Shown piece after piece: positions 49,479 through 60,122 of a stretch of DNA of 64,000 nt. The position numbers were made by a program, and so were the translations under genes. Position 1 is the stretch's first letter; the number at the start of each line of letters is the position of its first letter. Origin of the DNA: Nanobdellota archaeon (GTDB taxonomy: Archaea > Nanobdellota > Nanobdellia > Woesearchaeales > GCA-2686295); contig JAHIUF010000018.1 in the NCBI GenBank assembly GCA_018817005.1, positions 4,964-68,963 of the forward strand. The letters are read 5' to 3'. The notes below the pieces were generated by a model. That model did not search any database. It was not told where the DNA came from and was given only the letters and a program-made list of their open reading frames with translations.

Positions 49479-50648
49479 ATGGGCTTTTTTAGATTATTAC
49501 TTCCACTATCAAAAAGAAATAAAAGAGACTTATCAGAGTTAGCTAGATATCTTGAAAAAGACGACTTAAAAAAAGTCAAGAGAATGCTTAAACAAAAGAA
49601 GATTGGCTTTGCATACCGATCACTCAACATTTCCCAAAAACTAATCTCTGACACGAGTTTTCCTTTCTTAAATGCAGCGATTGAAGATTCAGAGATTTCA
49701 AAAACCACAGACAACATCAATAGTGTTGTTGAGCAACAAGTACGAGCAAAAAAATATAAAGAATTCTCAGAAGTTGCTTATGAAAAAATAAAGGGTTTTA
49801 TCGCGCCAAACATCGTTGGAATGGATTTTGCAAAAGAAGCAGCCATGCTACAATTATTTGCAGTTGAAAAAGTACACCTTCTACTGTTAGGAGATCCTGG
49901 CACTGGAAAAACTGAGATATTAAGATCTGTTAATGAATTAGCACCAATATCTTCTTTTGGACTCGGATCAGGAATTAGCGGTGTGGGATTAACAGTTTCT
50001 GTGCAAGGAAAAGAGATTCATAAAGGTTTGCTTCCAATAGCAGACGATGGTGTTTGTTGTATTGATGAATTAAATCTTATGAAACAAAAAGATAGGGGCG
50101 CACTTCTTAATGCCATGGAAAAAGGTTTCATAACCTATAACAAAGGAAACAAAAGTCTAAGCCTTGATGCAAGAGTAAGTGTTCTTGCAACTGCAAACCC
50201 CACAGGGGATCGTTTTGTCGGAAAAATAATTGATACCTTCAAAAAACAAATACCTTTTGATTCAGCGCTTTTAACAAGATTTCACATCATTTTCTTCATA
50301 AGAAGACCTAATGAAAAAGAATTCGCAAATATAACTCAAAAAATTGTGAGTGGTAAAGAAATGAGAGTAGAGATAAACGACTCGTTGTTTATCAGAGATT
50401 ATATAGAATTTTCACATTTAATAACTGTGAAGTTTGATGAAAAACTAAAAACAACAATAGTTGATTTCGTTGCCAGACTTAAAAAAGATGAAGATAAATT
50501 CTTGGTTGAAATAAACCCAAGAACAATAATTGGAATAATGAGATTTGCAAAAGCAGCTGCAAGACTTGAGCTTCGAAACAAAGTTGAAGAAAAAGACTTG
50601 AAAAAAGTTTTTGATATTTTAGAGAAAAGCTTATATATTAAAAGATAA
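49479..50648 (+). CDS. MCM-family AAA+ ATPase lacking the N-terminal OB/zinc domain (mini-MCM)
   Basis: IAPNIVGMDFAKEAAMLQLF, Walker A GDPGTGKTE, Walker B CCIDELNLM, VLATANP, arginine-finger region TRFHIIFF; GAGGGG SD upstream; 389 aa versus about 650-700 for full MCM. Confidence 0.7.
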   Translation: MGFFRLLLPLSKRNKRDLSELARYLEKDDLKKVKRMLKQKKIGFAYRSLNISQKLISDTSFPFLNAAIEDSEISKTTDNINSVVEQQVRAKKYKEFSEVAYEKIKGFIAPNIVGMDFAKEAAMLQLFAVEKVHLLLLGDPGTGKTEILRSVNELAPISSFGLGSGISGVGLTVSVQGKEIHKGLLPIADDGVCCIDELNLMKQKDRGALLNAMEKGFITYNKGNKSLSLDARVSVLATANPTGDRFVGKIIDTFKKQIPFDSALLTRFHIIFFIRRPNEKEFANITQKIVSGKEMRVEINDSLFIRDYIEFSHLITVKFDEKLKTTIVDFVARLKKDEDKFLVEINPRTIIGIMRFAKAAARLELRNKVEEKDLKKVFDILEKSLYIKR

Positions 50649-50659
50649 ATTGTAAAAAA

Positions 50660-50962
50660 ATGATAATATTCTATGTTCCCTGCAAAGATAAAACAGAAGC
50701 AAAAAAAATAGCAATAGCTCTTCTTAAAAAAAAGCTTGTAGTCTGCGCAAATATTGTTCCGTCACAAACAATATATGCTTGGGAAGGAAAAATTGTTGAA
50801 GAAAAAGAAGAAATTTTGATTGTAAAAACAATTAACAGACAAGAAGAGGCCACTGAAAAAGAAATTAAAAAATTACATTCCTACGAAATTCCTGCAATAA
50901 TTAAAATGACTGCTAAAGTGAATGAAGAATATCTTGAATGGGCTGAATCAGTAATTGAATAA
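50660..50962 (+). CDS. cutA: Divalent-cation tolerance protein CutA
   Basis: 100 aa, MIIFYVPCKDKTEAKKIAIALLKKKLVVCANIVPSQTIYAWEGKI. Confidence 0.8.
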   Translation: MIIFYVPCKDKTEAKKIAIALLKKKLVVCANIVPSQTIYAWEGKIVEEKEEILIVKTINRQEEATEKEIKKLHSYEIPAIIKMTAKVNEEYLEWAESVIE

Positions 50963-51086
50963 AAAAATAAATTATAAAAAGCCATAATTTTTACACATAA
51001 CTATATTAATATATTTTTTTAGCACATTACAAAACAAAAGATTTTTATATCTCACACGCATAAATTCAACAAGGGGTGAAACTAGT

Positions 51087-51317
51087 TTGGTCTTGGGGTT
51101 AACTGTTAAAAAAGATACTAAAAAACATTTTGAAAAGCAGATTAAAGATTTGTCTAAACAAGAATTAAAGGAACTTGTTTTGATAAACACTTACAAACTA
51201 GCTTTGGTAAGAAGCCAACTTGAAGCAATTACGTCTATTTTGATAAAAAACAAGCTTGCTACATACGAGGAGATTTGGAAGAACACAGATGATAACTTTA
51301 AGAACACCACAGTTTAA
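51087..51317 (+). CDS. hypothetical small protein (TTG start)
   Basis: 76-aa ORF, AGGGGTGA 8 nt upstream. Confidence 0.25.
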   Translation: MVLGLTVKKDTKKHFEKQIKDLSKQELKELVLINTYKLALVRSQLEAITSILIKNKLATYEEIWKNTDDNFKNTTV

Positions 51318-51362
51318 AATGAACAAGTTTATAAGTTATCATCATTATTTCTTAAAAATTGA

Positions 51363-52388
<1,026 letters not shown>

Positions 52389-52404
52389 ATTATGAGTTAT
52401 TAAA

Positions 52405-53538
52405 ATGCGAACCTTAAACAACGTTGATGTTTCGAATAAGAGAGTTCTACTCCGTGTTGATTTTAATGTACCGTTGGATTCTGAGGGAAAAATTTCTGAT
52501 GATTCAAGAATTAGAAAAGCTTTGCCAACAATCAAGCATCTTTTACAAAGTTGTGAACAACTTATCATTATGAGCCATTTAGGAAGACCAAAGGGTAAGG
52601 TTGTTGAAGATTTAAAGATGGATAAGGTTGCAATAAGATTGATGAAACTTCTCGGTAAGAATGTTTCTAAAGTTAATGATTGTGTTGATATAATTCTTCC
52701 TGATGAAAAAATTATTTTGTTGGAAAACCTGCGTTTTCATAAAGAAGAAGAAAAAAATAATGAAGCGTTCGCAAAAAAACTTGCTTCTTACGCAGATTTT
52801 TTTGTTAATGATGCTTTTGGAACCGCGCACAGAGCTCATGCTTCAACCGTTGGTGTAACAAAGTTTCTTCATGGTTGTATTGGTTTTTTAATTGAGAAAG
52901 AATTAAAAAACTTAAATTTTGATTATGTTGAAAAACCATTCATAGTTATTATGGGTGGCAGTAAACTTTCAACCAAATTTCCTATTATTAATAATCTTCT
53001 TCCAAAGGTTGATAAACTTCTTTTGGGTGGTGCTATGATTTTTAATTTTTACAAAGCTTTGGGTTTTGAAATTGGTAAATCTCTTTGTGAAAATGAGCAA
53101 TTGGCAACAGCAAGACTTCTTTATAATAATGAAAAAATTGTTCTTCCACAAGATGTGGTTGTTGCAACCGATATAACTACTTCTTCAGAATCAAAGAATG
53201 TTAACTACCAAAAAATCCCTGCTGATTGGTTTGGTTTGGATATAGGTGTTAATTCTGTTAAACAATTCAAGAAAATATTATCATCTGCAAAAACAGTTTT
53301 TTGGAATGGTCCTCTTGGCTATTTTGAAATTGAAAAATTTGCTAAGTCAACAAATGAGATAATCACATTTCTTTCAGAATTAGATGCAAAAGTTGTTATT
53401 GGTGGTGGTGATAGCGCAGTCGCCATTGAAAAGCTAGGTTTAGAGAACAAGTTCAGCCACATTTCTACTGGTGGTGGAGCTTCACTTGCATATATTCAAG
53501 GAGAAGAACTTCCTGCCTTAAAGGCCTTGAAAAACTAG
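52405..53538 (+). CDS. pgk: Phosphoglycerate kinase
   Basis: N-terminal RVLLRVDFNVP, 377 aa, Gly-rich C-terminal nucleotide-binding motifs. Confidence 0.9.
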   Translation: MRTLNNVDVSNKRVLLRVDFNVPLDSEGKISDDSRIRKALPTIKHLLQSCEQLIIMSHLGRPKGKVVEDLKMDKVAIRLMKLLGKNVSKVNDCVDIILPDEKIILLENLRFHKEEEKNNEAFAKKLASYADFFVNDAFGTAHRAHASTVGVTKFLHGCIGFLIEKELKNLNFDYVEKPFIVIMGGSKLSTKFPIINNLLPKVDKLLLGGAMIFNFYKALGFEIGKSLCENEQLATARLLYNNEKIVLPQDVVVATDITTSSESKNVNYQKIPADWFGLDIGVNSVKQFKKILSSAKTVFWNGPLGYFEIEKFAKSTNEIITFLSELDAKVVIGGGDSAVAIEKLGLENKFSHISTGGGASLAYIQGEELPALKALKN

Positions 53539-53545
53539 AAATTTT

Positions 53546-53983
53546 TTATTTTTCTCTTCTTAAAAAATCTCCTCTGTCAAGAATTGGTTTTAAGATTATT
53601 TGTCTTCCTTGTCTTTGTATACTTCCGTATCCTAAGTTCTCATCTTTCTCGTTTTGAACTAAAACCATTCCTTGAGAAATGTTTGATTTGACAATATTTC
53701 CTTCGAGTATTGTTCTTTTGCATAGAAAAAGCCATTCTCCTTTTTTATTTATGTATGCTTTCTTTTCTGATTTTTTTGAAAGCAAGTCAATTAGTGCTAG
53801 ACTAGGTTTAAAATAATCTTTTTCTTCTCCTAAAAATAATCCTACTGAAAATATTTCTTTATTGGTGTCTTTTATTTTGTTTAGGATTTCTTCTTCTACT
53901 TGAAAATATTCTCGTTTTATTTTTACAACGTTGTCTATTGGTTTATCTGTAAACTGTTTTGTGAACTCGTCTAATTTATTCAT
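53546..53983 (-). CDS. PUA-domain protein, possible Nip7/UPF0113 homolog
   Basis: C-terminal VLVQNEKDENLGYGSI...DRGDFLRRE resembles the Nip7 PUA signature (DxGxYLR). Confidence 0.35.
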   Translation of the reverse strand: MNKLDEFTKQFTDKPIDNVVKIKREYFQVEEEILNKIKDTNKEIFSVGLFLGEEKDYFKPSLALIDLLSKKSEKKAYINKKGEWLFLCKRTILEGNIVKSNISQGMVLVQNEKDENLGYGSIQRQGRQIILKPILDRGDFLRREK

Positions 53984-55200
53984 GTTTTTAGAATGACATC
54001 AATTTTTTTGAGGGAATCTTTTATTTTTTGTTTTATGAATTTTGGATTGCTTCTTTCCATCTTATTTTCTATATCTTCTATTTCTCGTTCTTTTAGTTTT
54101 CTTTGTTCAATTATTGATTCTAAATGAGTTTTTTCTTCCATGAGATTAAGATTTGAAATATTTGCTTTTATTTGTTGTTCATAGTTTTTTTGTTGTTCTT
54201 CAAGTTCTGCTAATTCTTTATTTTTTCTTTCTAAGAATTCTTTGTTTATGGTGGTTATTTCTTCTTTTGTTTTTCCTATTTTTTTATCTTTTATTCCGAG
54301 GCTTTCAAGTTTTTCTTTAAGTTTTTCTAATATCGCTAATATTTTAAGGTTTTTATCTTCTTTTAGGGCTGCAGATGGATTTTGCAGGTATTCATCTATT
54401 AATTTTTCGTCAAGAGACGTTCGCTTGTATTTTTTTAATGGTCGTTCTATGAGTGCGAATTTTTGTAATAATTCTTTTTTGGTTTCTTTTATTTTTTCCT
54501 TTGATGCTTGGATTTTTCTACCAAGTCCTAAATATTCTTTGTATCTGGTGCTTTTTTCTATTTCTGCTATTTTATTTTGTAATTTCTTTTCTTTTTGAAT
54601 TATCTCTTGTAATTCTGTTTGTTTGTTTTCTTTTTCTTTTTCTAATATTTCTTTAACATTTTTTGCTTGAGTATAATCGTTTTTTAATTTTAGTATATCA
54701 TCTATTAGTTCTAAATTTTCTTGTTCAACTAATCGTCTTAGCTTTATTGATTCGCTTTCTATTTCTTTAATTTTTTTTGCAACAGTTGCAGCTTCTGTTT
54801 CTAGAAATTCTTTTAGCACAAAAAAGCTTTTTTGTGTTTCTTCACTTAATTTATCTATTTTTTTTGATAGTTCTATTGAAAAAGTTCTTATTTCAGTTCT
54901 TTTTTTGGGAAATTCTAGGTCGTCGAGAAAAAAATTTATTTTTTGGATATAGTTCTTTCTGTTACCACTTAAAATATGTTTTACTCTTTCAGGTATTTTT
55001 TCATTTAGAAGTGTTGCGCTTTCCAATTCATTTATCGCATCTCTTGCTTCTTTTATTTTATTCTCTGAAAACTGTTTGAAGCCTTCAATTCTTTTTGATA
55101 CATCTTTTTTTTCCAAAAATGAATCTATCCATGTTTCTAATTCTTTGAAAGTTATCTCTTGAGGTTCACTTTTCTTTTTAAAAAAATTAAATAGGCCCAT
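53980..55200 (-). CDS. Lys/Glu-rich coiled-coil protein (hypothetical)
   Basis: 406 aa, heptad-like K/E repeats; overlaps the downstream ORF by 4 nt. Confidence 0.45.
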   Translation of the reverse strand: MGLFNFFKKKSEPQEITFKELETWIDSFLEKKDVSKRIEGFKQFSENKIKEARDAINELESATLLNEKIPERVKHILSGNRKNYIQKINFFLDDLEFPKKRTEIRTFSIELSKKIDKLSEETQKSFFVLKEFLETEAATVAKKIKEIESESIKLRRLVEQENLELIDDILKLKNDYTQAKNVKEILEKEKENKQTELQEIIQKEKKLQNKIAEIEKSTRYKEYLGLGRKIQASKEKIKETKKELLQKFALIERPLKKYKRTSLDEKLIDEYLQNPSAALKEDKNLKILAILEKLKEKLESLGIKDKKIGKTKEEITTINKEFLERKNKELAELEEQQKNYEQQIKANISNLNLMEEKTHLESIIEQRKLKEREIEDIENKMERSNPKFIKQKIKDSLKKIDVILKT

Positions 55201-55281
55201 ACTTTTGTTGTAAAGTTTGTTTTTTTATAATGCTTTCTGTTTGACAAAGCTTTTTATACTTATTATGGTTATTCCTTTTTT

Positions 55282-55599
55282 ATGGCTAAAAGTAATTATC
55301 GAAGGAAACAGTCTGTACATGTAAAGATTGCTAAAGATCGTATAAATCATTTGTTTAGTCGGGCTGATATTATTTTTAATAGTGATGAGTCTCTTTCTGA
55401 TAGGTATGTTTTTATTGCTCGAAGAATTGCTATGAAGTTTAAGGTGAAGCTTGGTTCTGTTTTTAAGAGAAAGTTTTGTCATAATTGTTATAAATATTTT
55501 CGACCCGGTGTTAATTGTTCTGTTCGTTTGCATGACAAACGGCTTGTTTATAGATGTTTTAATTGCAAACACATCATGCGTTTTCCTTATAAAAAATAA
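55282..55599 (+). CDS. rnp4: RNase P protein component 4 (Rpp21/Rpr2)
   Basis: RINHLFSRADIIF...DRYVFIARRIAMKFKV...FCHNCYKYFRPGVNCSVRL...YRCFNCKHIMRFPY (Rpp21 zinc ribbon). Confidence 0.75.
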   Translation: MAKSNYRRKQSVHVKIAKDRINHLFSRADIIFNSDESLSDRYVFIARRIAMKFKVKLGSVFKRKFCHNCYKYFRPGVNCSVRLHDKRLVYRCFNCKHIMRFPYKK

Positions 55600-55802
55600 A
55601 TTTTCTGGTACATTTTAATACCCTTACAAAAAAATAAACTACTTCTCAGTAGCTAAAAAACGAAAGATTTAAATAACACTTATTACTATTTTTAAGTAAT
55701 AACTCACTAAGAGGTGAAAAAATGAACCTTGAACAAGAAGTTAAAAACACAAAGATATCGACGACAAAAGTGTACAGCGAATATTTACTTGGAGGAATAT
55801 GA

Positions 55803-56417
55803 ATGTCTTACAGCGATCAAATCATAAACACAGAAAAACGAGAAAAATACATGATTACAAGAATCGTGTGGCCTAATGTGAATACTCTCGAAACAAGAAT
55901 AGTTCTCAAAGAAAAATATCACCCTGGAAAATTGGCAAAAGAAATAGTTTCAAGAAATAAAATATACACTCTCTTACTTGACGGGGACGATGACCCTTAT
56001 AGTAATACATACTTAGCGCATTTAGAGGTCAAACAACCAACAATAGAAGAATTGGTTGAATTTCAACAAACAAAAGACCCTACAAAACTCTATGAAGGAA
56101 ACATACTTATTAGTAATCATAAAAACGAAACGACAATTAAATTCTGGTTATTTGAAACAGGAACAAATTTTACTGCGAAATCAATTGGTCAGTTTCGAAA
56201 ATTTTTCTCCCCATTATTAGACACATTAAAGAATTATGGGGTAAATGAACCAAACATGTATATGCAGTTTTCTGAAGAAGCAGGTATTATAACAGAACAA
56301 AAAAACGCCGGCACTTTATGCACCCCTGAAGAAGAAATTAAACTATTTACTGATTTTGAATTATACGAATTAGCTCAAGAAGCAAAGAATGAAAGTGACG
56401 AAAGGAGAAAAAATTAA
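55803..56417 (+). CDS. hypothetical protein
   Basis: 204-aa ORF with GGAGG SD, preceded by a coupled 27-codon uORF. Confidence 0.4.
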   Translation: MSYSDQIINTEKREKYMITRIVWPNVNTLETRIVLKEKYHPGKLAKEIVSRNKIYTLLLDGDDDPYSNTYLAHLEVKQPTIEELVEFQQTKDPTKLYEGNILISNHKNETTIKFWLFETGTNFTAKSIGQFRKFFSPLLDTLKNYGVNEPNMYMQFSEEAGIITEQKNAGTLCTPEEEIKLFTDFELYELAQEAKNESDERRKN

Positions 56418-56603
56418 TGATTAAAATGGAAGAACAACTATTTTTTGAGGAAGAAGAAGAACTCCAAAGAATAAGAAGCTCAGAAAATGAGAAAAAAGAT
56501 GTATCGAGCCTTAATAGGAAAAACGTTTCAAAATGGGAACTAGATGAAATCTTTTGCGGCGAATAGACAAAAGAAATTTAAATAACCCCTCTTTTGAAAA
56601 GCT

Positions 56604-57185
56604 ATGAAAAGGCTATCATCGGGAGCAGAAGCTATAATTTTCTTAGATAAAGATAAAATTATAAAAAAAAGAGTTGAAAAAAAATACCGTCATGAAAGAA
56701 TTGATTCTCAGCTTAGAAAAGCCAGAACTAGAAGGGAAGCGAAGGTTTTAGAAAAAATCCCTGTTTCATCACCAAAACTAATTGAAAGTGATGGGCAAGA
56801 AATAATCGTGATGAATTACCTAAAAGGACCAAAAGTTAGAGATGTTCTAGATAAAAAACCCTTGCTTGCTAAAGAAATCGGTGAAAAGCTTGCAAGAATA
56901 CATGACTCAGGCATTATCCATGGAGACTTAACAACCTCTAACATGATTTTAAAAGATAAAGACATTCATTTCATAGATTTTGGACTGTCCTTTTTTTCAG
57001 CAAAAGAAGAAGACAAAGCAGTAGATATCCATCTTTTTAAACAAGCCCTTGAAAGCAAACACTACAAGGTATTCGAAAAAGCATATGAATACTTTATACA
57101 AGGTTATAAAAAATCAAAAAAATTTAAACAAACCATGGAACGATTAAAAAATGTTGAAAAAAGAGGTCGCTACAAGAAAAAATGA
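56604..57185 (+). CDS. bud32: KEOPS complex kinase Bud32 (Kae1-associated RIO-type kinase)
   Basis: GAEAIIF...KKRVEKKYRHERIDSQLRKARTRREAKVL...IIHGDLTTSNMIL...IDFGLS...EDKAVDIHL. Confidence 0.8.
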   Translation: MKRLSSGAEAIIFLDKDKIIKKRVEKKYRHERIDSQLRKARTRREAKVLEKIPVSSPKLIESDGQEIIVMNYLKGPKVRDVLDKKPLLAKEIGEKLARIHDSGIIHGDLTTSNMILKDKDIHFIDFGLSFFSAKEEDKAVDIHLFKQALESKHYKVFEKAYEYFIQGYKKSKKFKQTMERLKNVEKRGRYKKK

Positions 57186-58885
57186 GTTTTGAAAAATTTT
57201 TAAAAATATTTTTTTTACTAACACTAATATTTACACCTTTACAAGTTTCAGCAGCCAATGGACACATAAAGCTTCTTAGCGTTAGTTCTAATTCAGAAAA
57301 AGAAACAGGCGGAACTGCTGACCTTTTTTTAGAAGTAAAATCCGGCAGTGGAAGAATTTTCATAGACTCATTTCCATTAACAAAATTAGACACACAAATT
57401 TCTACTCGTTTTTCAAATCAAGTGGCTTGTGAATTTTTGAATGAAGACTGCTCCAAATATGATTTTTTTTACACAATAAGAGCTAATTCAGCAATAGTTG
57501 GCGGACCAAGTGCAGGTTCAGCAATAACAATTCTAACAATTGCGGTTCTTGATGATTTAAAGCTAGATGAAAAAACAGTTATTACCGGAACTATAAACTC
57601 TGGAGAAGTAATAGGGGTTGTTGGTGGTATAAATGAAAAAATCATAACTGCTGCAAGACAAGGCTTTGAAAAAGTTCTTATACCAAAATGGCAGTTGAGC
57701 TTCAACGAGAGTCTAATAAAAAAAGAGTTAGGAAACAAAAGCATAACTGTTGTAAAGATTTCAAACATAAGAGATGCTCTGTTTCATTTCACAGGGAAAA
57801 ATTATGATTCCAGAACAGGCAGTATAATACTATCTGAAAAGTATCTAAATAGGATGAAATCTGTCTCTGAAAAATTGTGTGAAAGAACAGTATTAATGCA
57901 ACAAAACATACCTGCAGATTTCAATAAATATGATGCTTTTTATAAAAATGCAACTTCTTTTTATAAAAGAGCATTAGAGTCAGAGAAAGTTATGGATTAT
58001 TATTCTAAAGCGAGTCTCTGCTTTTCAGCCAATATTAAACTTCAAAACGTATTGCTTTCAAATAAAACTGTTGAAGAAAAAAAACACCTTGCCAATCAAA
58101 ATATTGACTTTATTCGAGAATTAAATTTTGAAATTGAAAAAAAAGAGTTGTTAACACTTTCAGATCTTGAAACTTTTATGATTGTTAAAGAAAGACTTGT
58201 TGAAGCAGAGGATTTTTTGAGAAATAGTAATTTGAATAATCTGTCTGCTTATACTCTTGGATATTCTATTGAACGTGCATATAGTGCATATTTTTGGTCA
58301 GATTTTTTTGGTTTAAAGGGTGAAATTTTATCTCTTGATGATGAACATTTAAAAAATGGTTGTCTTAAAAAAATATCTGAAGCAGAAGAAAGAATAAATT
58401 ATATTGATTTGTACCTTCCGGGGATTTCTTCTTCTGCTCAAAAAGAATTAAATTATGCTTATAATGATTATTATAATGAAGATTTTGAGCTTTGTATATT
58501 CAAAGCAAGTAAGGCTAAGGCTGAAGCAAATATTATGATGACTGCGATGGGAATTACTCTTGAACAGTTAGATTCTATGATTGAAGAAAAACTTTCTGCC
58601 ATTGAACAAATTATTCTTAAAGAGTTTGATAAAGATTTTTTCCCAATAATTGGTTATAGTTACTATGAATATTCTAAGACCTTAAAAGAAGAAGATCCTG
58701 GATTAAGCCTTATGTTTTCTGAATATGCATTAGAGCTTAGCAATCTTGATGTATACTTTCCCTCTGAGAAAAAAAACATTTTTGGTTCAAATTTTTTTTG
58801 GCTTTTTTGCTATGAGATATTGATTGGTTTTCTTTTAACAATTATAATCATTCTTATTAGTCTTCTTTTCAAGAAACAAAAGTAA
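57182..58885 (+). CDS. Membrane/secreted S16 (Lon proteolytic domain) serine peptidase
   Basis: Signal peptide; VGGPSAGSAITILTIAVLDD...TGTINSGEVIGVVGGINEKIITAARQG matches the Lon S16 domain; C-terminal TM anchor. Confidence 0.65.
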   Translation: MSFEKFLKIFFLLTLIFTPLQVSAANGHIKLLSVSSNSEKETGGTADLFLEVKSGSGRIFIDSFPLTKLDTQISTRFSNQVACEFLNEDCSKYDFFYTIRANSAIVGGPSAGSAITILTIAVLDDLKLDEKTVITGTINSGEVIGVVGGINEKIITAARQGFEKVLIPKWQLSFNESLIKKELGNKSITVVKISNIRDALFHFTGKNYDSRTGSIILSEKYLNRMKSVSEKLCERTVLMQQNIPADFNKYDAFYKNATSFYKRALESEKVMDYYSKASLCFSANIKLQNVLLSNKTVEEKKHLANQNIDFIRELNFEIEKKELLTLSDLETFMIVKERLVEAEDFLRNSNLNNLSAYTLGYSIERAYSAYFWSDFFGLKGEILSLDDEHLKNGCLKKISEAEERINYIDLYLPGISSSAQKELNYAYNDYYNEDFELCIFKASKAKAEANIMMTAMGITLEQLDSMIEEKLSAIEQIILKEFDKDFFPIIGYSYYEYSKTLKEEDPGLSLMFSEYALELSNLDVYFPSEKKNIFGSNFFWLFCYEILIGFLLTIIIILISLLFKKQK

Positions 58886-58938
58886 AAAACCTGTGATTAG
58901 AAAATTAAAATTTGAATTAAAAATTTAAGGTAAACCCT

Positions 58939-58968
58939 GGAAGATTCCAAGAAGTGTCGGAATCTTCC
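58939..58968. terminator. Perfect 10-bp hairpin (GGAAGATTCC-N10-GGAATCTTCC) between convergent genes
   Basis: Inverted repeat read directly; T-rich run follows on the minus strand. Confidence 0.2.
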
Positions 58969-59112
58969 CGGGAAAAAGAGGTGAGTTAGAGTTTGTGATA
59001 ATAAGATTGATTCACCGCTTTTTTCTATTTTAGAATGGTGAAAATAAACTCATATATAAAGCTTTCGTTTTATTTTTCATTCTATAATAGTAACAAAAGC
59101 AGTTGTTGCTTT

Positions 59113-60066
59113 TTAACCCCTAAAAACAAACTCGAATTCCTCAAGAAACCACCCTGCAACAACAGAATTGTGAATCACTAAGATATTCTCATCATTTCTA
59201 AAAAAACCATTATTTGAAGGGTTTGTCGAACCAGTTATAACTGTGTGATTATCAATAATGAAAACCTTGTGATGCATATTAAAAGGATTTGAATCAAAAA
59301 TGATATTTGAATTTGTTAGTGAAATTTTTTGATATTCAGAAAACTGGCTTTGCTGAGTTTTTTCAAACACACCCTTAATATCCAAATCATTTTTTTCAAG
59401 CAACAAATCACCAATTTTATCCGAGGTAAAAGAAAAGGTCATAAAATAAACTGATGAATTAGCAGAATCAATAATGTTCAAAAATACATCTTCACACGAA
59501 TCATCAGGACAAAAATAGTTCTCCAAAAGAAAATCATTAAAAAGTATTTTTGTGTGTTTGGTTTTTTTTGAAAAGTCACCTTTTTTTAATTCAAAAAATT
59601 CGGAAAGATAATTTTGTGCAAGAACTTTTGATTCTACAATTACTAAATTGTTGTTATTCTTATAAGCACCACGAAAAGTCGGATTAAGAGAACCTAATAT
59701 AACAATAGACTCATCCAGAATACAAAATTTGTTATGCATAAGAGATTGACTAGAAATAGATTGTCCAAACCCATTAAAGTTTTCTTCAAATATTAACACA
59801 TCCGCATTTTTTTCTTTTAAAACAGAAATTATTCTTTCCAAACCCAAATCATAAAAAGCACACTTAATATCTGAAGCAGAATAAAAAAAATCCAGAAGAA
59901 CCTGCTCGCAATCATCACGTGGACAAAAAAAAACTTTTAAAAAACCATTATCAGAAGGAAGTTGTATAAAACTTTTTGTTCGAATAAAAAATAAACAAAG
60001 ACCTAAAATAATTATTAAAAATAAACATGCAGAAATAATTAAAGATGACGAAACATGTTTTTTCAT
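59113..60066 (-). CDS. Phospholipase D-family protein (two HKD motifs), N-terminal TM anchor
   Basis: HNKFCILDESIVILGSLNPT and HHKVFIIDNHTVITGSTNPS (HxKx4D). Confidence 0.7.
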   Translation of the reverse strand: MKKHVSSSLIISACLFLIIILGLCLFFIRTKSFIQLPSDNGFLKVFFCPRDDCEQVLLDFFYSASDIKCAFYDLGLERIISVLKEKNADVLIFEENFNGFGQSISSQSLMHNKFCILDESIVILGSLNPTFRGAYKNNNNLVIVESKVLAQNYLSEFFELKKGDFSKKTKHTKILFNDFLLENYFCPDDSCEDVFLNIIDSANSSVYFMTFSFTSDKIGDLLLEKNDLDIKGVFEKTQQSQFSEYQKISLTNSNIIFDSNPFNMHHKVFIIDNHTVITGSTNPSNNGFFRNDENILVIHNSVVAGWFLEEFEFVFRG

Positions 60067-60122
60067 AAAGAAACTTTTGACAACGAAGATTAATAAAACC
60101 TAATGAAAAAAATTCGGAAAAA

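Noticed and set aside
53980-55200. Possible CRISPR or tandem-repeat array in the T/C-rich region
   Set aside because: The periodicity comes from a K/E-rich coiled-coil coding sequence on the minus strand. No direct repeats with unique spacers are present anywhere in the window.
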